Of a stretch of DNA of 16,692 nt, positions 1-5,934 are shown piece after piece. Numbering within the stretch: position 1 is the first letter of the stretch; every line of letters begins with the position of its first letter. A program made the position numbers and the translations under genes. Location: NCBI GenBank assembly GCA_028275775.1, contig JAPWTZ010000012.1, forward strand, positions 1 to 16,692, given 5' to 3'. Origin of the DNA: Candidatus Nanopusillus sp. (GTDB lineage Archaea > Nanobdellota > Nanobdellia > Nanobdellales > Nanobdellaceae). The notes below the pieces were generated by a model, which did no database searches, was not told the DNA's origin, and saw only the letters and a list, made by a program, of their open reading frames with translations.

Positions 1-34
1 AAATATTCTGGATTAAAGATTGGATTTGTATAAA

Positions 35-505
35 ATGGGATTATTGGCAATTGTAAGAATAAAAGGAACTGTTAAAGCCAATAAAGAAATAAAAGATACA
101 TTATATTTATTAAGATTAAGAAGAAATAATTATGCAGTAATAATGAAAGATACAAAAGATATAAGGGGAATGATAAAAAAGGTTGAACCTTGGGTTGCAT
201 GGGGAGAAATAGATAAAGAAACATTAAAGGAATTATTATTAAAGAGAGGAAGATTGGAAGGAAATAAAAGATTAACAGAAGATTATATTAAGCAAACATT
301 AAATATAGATATTGATACATTAGTTGAAAAATTAATAAATAATGAAATAGATTTGGATTCAATACCAAAAATAAAAAAGATATTTAGATTAAAACCTCCA
401 TCAGGAGGATATCCAAGAAAAGGTATAAAGGTTCCATATAGTCAGGGTGGGGCATATGGATACTATGGAAAAGATATAAATATATTATTAAAGAAAATGA
501 TATAA
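35..505 (+). CDS. rpl30: 50S ribosomal protein uL30 (archaeal L30P)
   Basis: MGLLAIVRIKGTVKANKEIKDTLYLLRLRRNNYAVIM matches the archaeal uL30 N-terminal signature (LAVIRIRG...TL..LRL...N). Length is about 157 aa. The ORF track starts at TTG 20. I prefer ATG 35, which lies directly after a frame-1 stop (TAA 31-33) of an upstream ORF that runs off the window. Confidence 0.85.
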   Translation: MGLLAIVRIKGTVKANKEIKDTLYLLRLRRNNYAVIMKDTKDIRGMIKKVEPWVAWGEIDKETLKELLLKRGRLEGNKRLTEDYIKQTLNIDIDTLVEKLINNEIDLDSIPKIKKIFRLKPPSGGYPRKGIKVPYSQGGAYGYYGKDINILLKKMI

Positions 506-506
506 A

Positions 507-1064
507 ATGGCGAAGAGACCCTGGAGAATATTTAGGGAAATAGAAAGACCTTATACAAGATTTTCATATAGTAAATCATATAATAAAATTCCAGGTGCTC
601 CAGTACCAAAATTAAGGATGCAAATTATGGGAATGACAAACATACCAAAAAATCAATGGAAATATGCAGGACATTTAATTGCATTACATAATGTTCAAGT
701 ATCAGATTATTCTTTAGAATCTGTAAGAACAAATATATTAAAATATTTAGAAAGTGAAGTAAAAGAATTCTTGTTTATTGTAAGAAAATATCCTCATCAT
801 GTTGTAAGAGAACATGCATTGGTATATGGTGCAGGTGCAGATAGAATTTCACAAGGAATGAGGCATGCATTTGGTAAACCATATACAAGGGCTGCACAAG
901 TATTCTATAAAGATATTATTTTATCAATATATTATAACAAACCAGAATTTACAAATAGAATAAGTTTTTATTTAGATGTTGCAAGAAAAAAATTAGCAGG
1001 AAAATATAAGAAATATATAGGCGAAAATAAACCCGAAGAAATTATTTTATCATCTGTTGTCTAG
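507..1064 (+). CDS. rpl10e: 50S ribosomal protein uL16 (archaeal L10e)
   Basis: RPYTRFSY near the N-terminus and GAGADRISQGMRHAFGKPYTRAAQV match the L10e/uL16 core motif (GAGADRM..GMR.AFGKP). It starts 1 nt after the uL30 stop. Its 3' end overlaps the convergent vWA gene by 23 nt. Confidence 0.85.
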   Translation: MAKRPWRIFREIERPYTRFSYSKSYNKIPGAPVPKLRMQIMGMTNIPKNQWKYAGHLIALHNVQVSDYSLESVRTNILKYLESEVKEFLFIVRKYPHHVVREHALVYGAGADRISQGMRHAFGKPYTRAAQVFYKDIILSIYYNKPEFTNRISFYLDVARKKLAGKYKKYIGENKPEEIILSSVV

Positions 1065-2136
1065 ATATTTCATATTCTAATAATAATAGTTTTTTCAAAT
1101 CTTTTATATCTTTAGAAATAAATAATCTTCCTCTTCCATATTTTACTATTTCTTTCGCAATTTTTTCTCCTTCATTATTTAATTGTATTCCAATTATTGA
1201 TATATAATAATTTTGGCCTAATTCTTTAGCTAACCTTAAAGTTCTTTCTACAGGATTTTTTCCCTTTGTTGGTAATGCATCAGTTATTAATATTATATGT
1301 CCATTTTCTTCCTTATTTAATAAATAATTAAATGCTAAGGCAATATCTGTACTTCCATTTGGTATAATTCTTAATATATCTATTATATCTTTTAATCCCC
1401 TAACATTATTATATTCTCTAACAATCTTATCATTAAACAAAATTACATCTAATAGATTATTATCTTCTAATATCTTTGATACTAATAATATTAATGCTTT
1501 TTTTGCTTCAAATATTTTTTCTCCAATCATACTTCCAGATACATCTAATAGAATTATATATTTACCACCTTTATTTTCTCTTTTAACATTAACAATAAAT
1601 CTTGCAATATCTTTATCCTTTACATATTTTCTTATTGTTTCTTTTATATCAATTTTATTATATTTATCCCCTATACTAAAATATTTTTTATAAAATTCCT
1701 CATCATTTCCAATATAATATGATAAATATTTTCCATATTCAAATATCCCTTCAATTTCTTTTTCTATATTTCCTATTAAATATTTAGAATACTCCATTAA
1801 AGATTTTTCAGTTAGTTCTCCACTTTCATCTATATATCCTTCACTAGTTAATATTTCCTTTAATTTATTTAAAGATTTTCTAAATTCTTTATTAAACCTA
1901 TAATCTTTATCTTCCCTTATCCTTTTTTCGTCATATTCAGTTAATTTTGATAATATATCAGAATATTCTTCTCTGTTTTCCATAATTTTATCTATATCAA
2001 ATATTGGATATCCTTCTTTTATCATTTTTTCAATTAATTCATTTATATTTTTCTTAATATCTTTTGAACTATATTTAAAGGACTCTCCAGGTCTATTTAT
2101 TAAATTTTCTGAGTCAACTCCGAAAGTCTTTCCCAA
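1042..2136 (-). CDS. von Willebrand factor A (vWA) domain protein, partner of the upstream MoxR ATPase
   Basis: The C-terminal half carries a MIDAS-type motif set: YIILLDVSGSM (DxSxS), GSTDIALAF, IILITDALPT. The N-terminal part of about 190 aa is helical and charged. The ORF-track start is TTG and overlaps the MoxR stop by 23 nt. The true start is uncertain; the next in-frame ATG is at codon 38. Confidence 0.8.
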   Translation of the reverse strand: MGKTFGVDSENLINRPGESFKYSSKDIKKNINELIEKMIKEGYPIFDIDKIMENREEYSDILSKLTEYDEKRIREDKDYRFNKEFRKSLNKLKEILTSEGYIDESGELTEKSLMEYSKYLIGNIEKEIEGIFEYGKYLSYYIGNDEEFYKKYFSIGDKYNKIDIKETIRKYVKDKDIARFIVNVKRENKGGKYIILLDVSGSMIGEKIFEAKKALILLVSKILEDNNLLDVILFNDKIVREYNNVRGLKDIIDILRIIPNGSTDIALAFNYLLNKEENGHIILITDALPTKGKNPVERTLRLAKELGQNYYISIIGIQLNNEGEKIAKEIVKYGRGRLFISKDIKDLKKLLLLEYEISRQQMIK

Positions 2137-3154
2137 TTATAAAAGAATTCCATTCATTTTTTATATACTCTTCTTCATTTATTTCCATTTTATATGATGG
2201 TTTTAATCTTATTCTATGTGGTAATATTGATAATAAAGATTCAAATATATGTTGAATTTCAACATTTTCTTTTTTATCTATTATTGCCAATGCCTGTGCT
2301 TTTTCATAAATACCGATTGTAGATCTAACAGATGGTTTCTTTTCCAATTTATCATCTTTTCTTAATTTTTGTATAAATTCAATTGTTAATTCTAACAATT
2401 TTTCAGGAAAATTAACATCTAAACTTTTTCCATATTTTAATACAATTTTCTTTTCTTCTTCAACATCCTTTGGATAGTCTAAATTTATTATATCAAATCT
2501 ATCTAATAATACATCAGATATTTTTTCAGTTCCATAATAACTTTCAGGATTCATTGTAGCAATAAATATTATATCCAATGGTATTTGAAATTCATACGGT
2601 CCAATTGTTATTTTCTTTTCTTCTAATAATTCTAACAAACTATTTTGAACCTTTGGAGGTGCTCTATTTATTTCATCAAAAAATAATACACCATGTTGTG
2701 CCCTAAATATTTTTCCAGGTATAAAAGATTCTAAAGAATGTATTCCATATTTTAATGCTTTTGAAGGATCAATATCTCCAATTAAATCTTCTACAGATAA
2801 ATCATAAGAACCTTGAATTCTAATAAATCTATCTTCTCCTCTTATTTTTATAAAAGGACCTTCTTTCCATTTTCTTCTATATTCTTCAGAGACAAAAGGA
2901 AATTCTTCATAAGCCCATAATGGAATTCCTTCTGGAAAATCAATTTCTGGTAATATTTTTGCTATATTTTTTGCTAAAGTTGTTTTTCCAGTACCAGGAG
3001 GTCCTATTATTAATATATTTCTTCCAGAAATTAGTGAAGATAGCATTTGTCTCTTTCCATTTTCCTGTCCTATTATAGAATCAAACGGATCTTTTCCTTC
3101 CTTAATATAATTATTAATTATTATATCCTTTATTTGTTCCCTTATTTTGATCAT
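2114..3154 (-). CDS. MoxR-family AAA+ ATPase
   Basis: Walker A is IIGPPGTGKTTLAKNIA. The Walker B/sensor block VLFFDEINRAPPKVQNSLLELLEEKKIT...IFIATMNP is the MoxR signature (DEINRA.PK.Q..LLE.M.E). It lies directly upstream of the vWA gene and overlaps it. Confidence 0.87.
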   Translation of the reverse strand: MIKIREQIKDIIINNYIKEGKDPFDSIIGQENGKRQMLSSLISGRNILIIGPPGTGKTTLAKNIAKILPEIDFPEGIPLWAYEEFPFVSEEYRRKWKEGPFIKIRGEDRFIRIQGSYDLSVEDLIGDIDPSKALKYGIHSLESFIPGKIFRAQHGVLFFDEINRAPPKVQNSLLELLEEKKITIGPYEFQIPLDIIFIATMNPESYYGTEKISDVLLDRFDIINLDYPKDVEEEKKIVLKYGKSLDVNFPEKLLELTIEFIQKLRKDDKLEKKPSVRSTIGIYEKAQALAIIDKKENVEIQHIFESLLSILPHRIRLKPSYKMEINEEEYIKNEWNSFIIGKDFRS

Positions 3155-3191
3155 ATTAATTATTTTATATCTTTCTTTAAAATATTATAAT

Positions 3192-3881
3192 ATGGTTATA
3201 TTTTACAATTTAAAGGGGGTAATTATAGATCTGGATGGAACACTTATAAATAGCTTAAAAGTTTATGATGAGGCTCATAAAAAAATATTGGAAAAATATA
3301 ATATAAAGATAGAAGGATCATTAGATAATTCTGGAATGCCTTTAGAAGAAATAATATATAATATAATAAGAAAATATAACTTAAATATATCAATTGATGA
3401 TTTAAAGAAAGAATTTGAAAATATAATGATAAATGGATATATAGAAAAAATAAAATTTAATCCAGGGGCAAAACAAATATTAAATTATTTTAAGGATAAA
3501 AAATATAAGATGGCAATTTTTACATCAAATACTAGAAGATTAACAATGGAAATATTGAAACATCTGCATATAGATAACTTATTCGATGTTATAATAACTT
3601 CTGATGATGTAAAACAACCAAAACCAGATCCAGAAGGTTATATTAAAATAATAAAAGGATTTTCTTTATTGCCAAATGAAATATTGGCAATAGAGGATTC
3701 TATATATGGTATTATTGCTGCAAAAAGGGCTGGAATAAATGTAATAGGAGTTGCTAGTGGTGTAAATAAAAAGAGAGAATTGATTTCTGCTGGTGCTACA
3801 ATGGTATTTAAAAATTTAAAAGAATTATATAATTACCTTATAGAAGAAGATAATAAGAATAATCAAAATAATAATCAATAA
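3192..3881 (+). CDS. HAD-superfamily hydrolase, subfamily IA (phosphatase / beta-phosphoglucomutase-like)
   Basis: All four HAD motifs are present: I VIIDLDGTL, II IFTSNT, III KPDPEGY, IV IEDSIYGIIAAKRAG. I placed the start at ATG 3192 so that motif I sits about 10 residues from the N-terminus. The ORF-track start at 3147 would overlap the MoxR start codon. The C-terminal tail is low-complexity N/Q-rich. Confidence 0.8.
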   Translation: MVIFYNLKGVIIDLDGTLINSLKVYDEAHKKILEKYNIKIEGSLDNSGMPLEEIIYNIIRKYNLNISIDDLKKEFENIMINGYIEKIKFNPGAKQILNYFKDKKYKMAIFTSNTRRLTMEILKHLHIDNLFDVIITSDDVKQPKPDPEGYIKIIKGFSLLPNEILAIEDSIYGIIAAKRAGINVIGVASGVNKKRELISAGATMVFKNLKELYNYLIEEDNKNNQNNNQ

Positions 3882-4061
3882 AATAATTAATAATATAATT
3901 GATAATTGATAAGAATTTGATATTAATATTGGTATTGGGCCTATTAATATTAATCCAGCAAATTTTGTATTAGAAGAATTTGATAATGAATAAATAAATA
4001 ATAAAATAATTGAAATAAATAGAAAAATAATTGATAAAATTAAAAATATATTATTGTTCAT
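3825..4061 (-). CDS. small integral membrane protein, DUF131/TIGR00304-like
   Basis: 78 aa with hydrophobic segments flanking AGLILIGPIPILISNS. From memory this resembles the GG.I.IGPIPIVFG core of the archaeal DUF131 family. It overlaps the Dph2-like ORF by 11 nt and the convergent HAD gene by 57 nt. Confidence 0.45.
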   Translation of the reverse strand: MNNNIFLILSIIFLFISIILLFIYSLSNSSNTKFAGLILIGPIPILISNSYQLSIILLIILLIIILIILIIFFYKVII

Positions 4062-4326
4062 CTAACTTTAATTTATAAAATTTTGAATGGCCGAAATGAA
4101 TTATTAAATCAAATCCATATTTATCTAAATATATTGGTATATCGCATCCACCAAAATCTGATCCAAACCAAATATATATTTCAATATCTTTATATTTTTC
4201 CTTTATTTTATCGTATATTTCTTTTGAATATGGTTTTAATCCATCAGGAAATTGTAATAATATTTTCTTATATTTCTTTTTATCTAATGTTTCGAATATT
4301 TTATCCAATTCAAAATCTATTTCCAT
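4051..4326 (-). CDS. dph2: Dph2 (2-(3-amino-3-carboxypropyl)histidine synthase, diphthamide step 1), N-terminal domain only; split gene or remnant
   Basis: ILLQFPDGLKPYSKEIYDKIKE...IEIYIWFGSDFGGCDIPIYLDKYGFDLIIHFGHS aligns with the start of archaeal Dph2, recalled as VLIQSPEGL...YGACD...CDALIHLGHS. The ORF is only 91 aa, versus about 330-340 aa for full-length archaeal Dph2. The downstream DNA encodes an unrelated membrane ORF. Confidence 0.65.
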   Translation of the reverse strand: MEIDFELDKIFETLDKKKYKKILLQFPDGLKPYSKEIYDKIKEKYKDIEIYIWFGSDFGGCDIPIYLDKYGFDLIIHFGHSKFYKLKLDEQ

Positions 4327-5072
4327 TTAAATATTTTTAATATATTATCTATAAAACTATTTCTAATCTCTAATTCTTTTCCAGTTATTTTTTCTGCAAT
4401 TTTTATTATATCTTTAGATGCTATAGAATTTATATTATAATCTATTAAAGGTATACCATTATCCATTGAAATTTGTACATTTTCATCATAATGAATTATC
4501 CCAATTATTTGTCTTTTAAAAAATCTTTCAATTCTTAAATAATTTACTCTTCTTCTAACTTTATTTAAAACAATTCCAAGAGTTTTTATATCTAAACTAT
4601 CCAATACTTTTGTAACTCTATATGCATCAAATAATGATGATTTTTCAACATTTGTTATTAATATTGCCTCTTCAGAAGCTTTTAATGCCTCTATTGCTTC
4701 CTTACCAATTCCAGCAGCAGAATCTATAATAATATAATCAAAATCATCATATATTTCCATTATTCCATTATGTATTCTTTCTGTAGAAATATATATTAAA
4801 TCCTTTATATCTAAACTTCCAGGAATTATATAAAAATTTTCTTTATATTCCTTTATGCAATCTTTTATATCAATTTCCCCCCTTAGAAATTTATGTATAT
4901 TATTTTTTTCATTACCCAATCCAAGATTTATTGATACATTTGGTGTACTTAAATTAAAATCAATTAATAATGTTTTAAAATTTAATAATGATAGGGCTCT
5001 TGATAAGTTTATAGAAAAGAAAGTTTTTCCTACCCCTCCTTTTCCAGAAGATATTGTATATACCTTCGCCAT
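4317..5072 (-). CDS. MinD/ParA-family P-loop ATPase
   Basis: Deviant Walker A is SSGKGGVGKTFFSINLS. Walker B is YIIIDSAAGIG. The C-terminal FIDNILKIFKWK looks like an amphipathic membrane-targeting helix, as in MinD. The start overlaps the upstream stop by 1 nt (TAATG), and the stop overlaps the Dph2-like start by 10 nt. Confidence 0.85.
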   Translation of the reverse strand: MAKVYTISSGKGGVGKTFFSINLSRALSLLNFKTLLIDFNLSTPNVSINLGLGNEKNNIHKFLRGEIDIKDCIKEYKENFYIIPGSLDIKDLIYISTERIHNGIMEIYDDFDYIIIDSAAGIGKEAIEALKASEEAILITNVEKSSLFDAYRVTKVLDSLDIKTLGIVLNKVRRRVNYLRIERFFKRQIIGIIHYDENVQISMDNGIPLIDYNINSIASKDIIKIAEKITGKELEIRNSFIDNILKIFKWK

Positions 5073-5524
5073 TATATATATTTACTAATAATTGTAGAAA
5101 ATTTTTTAACAGATTCTGCAATATCTTTTAATGTTTTTATATTTATTTCAAATTCTTCTCCACTTAATGTCCTAAATTTTATAACCATACTCTTTCTATA
5201 TTCATTCATTATCCTTGCATCAGAATTTAAAGCAAGTTTTAATAGCTTATAATATTTTAATGATTCTTCCAGTTCCTTATCTTTTGTAATTTCAATTATT
5301 TTTCTATACCTTTTGATCGGACTATCTGGAATTTCATCAATCTTTTTATTTTCATATAATTTCTTAAAATATAATTCAATTGCATAATCATAATATTCAA
5401 TAACTGCCTTTATAAAACTTCTAACAGTTTCCAATCCTTTATTATTTTTCAATGAAACATTAAATATATGTAAAACCTCCTTATATCTTCTATTATATTC
5501 TAAATCTTCTTCTAAATTAGACAT
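5072..5524 (-). CDS. hypothetical protein (150 aa, mostly helical, no recognisable motif)
   Basis: A long ORF on the same strand as its neighbours and translationally coupled to the MinD-like gene. It has no Cys, no P-loop and no HEPN Rx4-6H motif, and I recognise no family. Confidence 0.55.
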   Translation of the reverse strand: MSNLEEDLEYNRRYKEVLHIFNVSLKNNKGLETVRSFIKAVIEYYDYAIELYFKKLYENKKIDEIPDSPIKRYRKIIEITKDKELEESLKYYKLLKLALNSDARIMNEYRKSMVIKFRTLSGEEFEINIKTLKDIAESVKKFSTIISKYI

Positions 5525-5670
5525 GATATATAAATATTTGCAATATATACTAGGGCCGCGAAAATAATTATAAATATTATTATTTTATTTCTATTTAATT
5601 TTATTTTTGATTTTTCTTTTCCAAATTTATATAATCCAAGATATGTAAATAGTGGTAGTTGGTCAGGCAT
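5512..5670 (-). CDS. 52-aa tail-anchored mini-protein, possibly Sec61 beta / archaeal SecG
   Basis: Hand translation of the minus strand from ATG (complement of 5668-5670) to TAG (complement of 5512-5514) gives MPDQLPLFTYLGLYKFGKEKSKIKLNRNKIIIFIIIFAALVYIANIYISCLI. It is below the size cutoff of the ORF track. It has one C-terminal TM helix. The GLYKF...SKIKL..N pattern resembles the archaeal Sec61beta pattern AGLIRY...KIRV.P followed by a TM, recalled from the Methanocaldococcus protein. A TTTATATA box lies about 22 nt upstream. It overlaps the next ORF by 13 nt. Confidence 0.4.
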   Translation of the reverse strand: MPDQLPLFTYLGLYKFGKEKSKIKLNRNKIIIFIIIFAALVYIANIYISCLI

Positions 5671-5702
5671 AATTTATATATTTATAAGAAATATATAAAA
5701 AA
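5671..5702. promoter_or_regulatory. bidirectional promoter: two inverted TTTATATA boxes
   Basis: TTTATATA at 5673-5680 (+) lies about 23 nt upstream of G5703, the start of the structured RNA. TTTATATA on the minus strand (complement of 5692-5699) lies about 22 nt upstream of ATG 5670. This spacing fits archaeal TATA-to-start distances and a leaderless mRNA. Confidence 0.5.
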
Positions 5703-5934
5703 GGTGGCCGTAGGAAGGTCTGCTTACCGATAAGCCACCGAGGAATCGGAGGGGGAAACCCCTGGCTACATAAAAAGAAATCACGGGCATATATCCGATG
5801 AAGATGAAGAGTTAATACCTGGAGGTAACTTCGGGTAAACTCGGAGAGGATATATGTACCTTGAGAAATATGTCCTGGCGGTACAAGGCCTGTCCGCTTA
5901 GAAAAATATATACTAAAAGCAGCCTACGGCCACA
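5703..5934 (+). ncRNA. rnpB: structured RNA, best read as a miniaturised RNase P RNA
   Basis: A G+C-rich island in A+T-rich DNA. The termini pair: GUGGCCGUAGG 5704-5714 with CCUACGGCCAC 5923-5933. GUAGGAAGGUCUGC resembles CR-I (GAGGAAAGUCCGGGC). ACUAAAAGCAGCCUA is in register with CR-V (ACAGAACCCGGCUUA). The two can form P4 (AGG-U-CUGC with GCAG-CCU) with the conserved bulged U. GCCA[CCGA-GGAA-UCGG]A[GGGG-GAAA-CCCC]UGGC at 5734-5766 looks like P7/P8/P9. GNRA-type loops occur only when the + strand is read. Confidence that this is a structured RNA gene is about 0.85. Confidence that it is RNase P RNA is about 0.6. Confidence 0.6.

Noticed and set aside
1-33. A frame-1 open reading frame entering from the left edge (KYSGLKIGFV, stop at 31-33). 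It could be the 3' end of the gene upstream of uL30, which is uS5 in canonical spc operons.
   Set aside because: Only 10 codons are visible, which is too few to identify or support as a feature.
3147-3191. Upstream extension of the HAD ORF (MIILIILYLSLKYYN).
   Set aside because: It would overlap the MoxR start codon and the shared promoter region, and it would move HAD motif I far from the N-terminus. ATG 3192 is more plausible.
3825-3881. The 57-nt convergent overlap of the HAD and DUF131-like ORFs, and the 23-nt overlap of uL16 and vWA at 1042-1064, as functional antisense regulation.
   Set aside because: The overlapping parts encode low-complexity tails (N/Q-rich or I/L-rich) that arise easily in A+T-rich DNA. 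One of the two ends may simply be over-extended. There is nothing sequence-specific to support regulation.
5703-5934. Alternative reading of the structured RNA as SRP (7S) RNA. It has paired termini, a three-way junction with GGAA and GAAA hairpins reminiscent of helices 6 and 8, and an AAGCAGCC string like the helix 8 AGCA motif.
   Set aside because: The two hairpins are only 4 bp long and lack the helix 8 symmetric and asymmetric loops needed for SRP54. The AGCAGCC and GGUCUGC strings are about 200 nt apart and pair as a continuous helix with one bulged U, which is P4-like. No Alu-domain UGUAAU-type motif is present at the 5' end. I keep it as the main alternative to test by covariance model.
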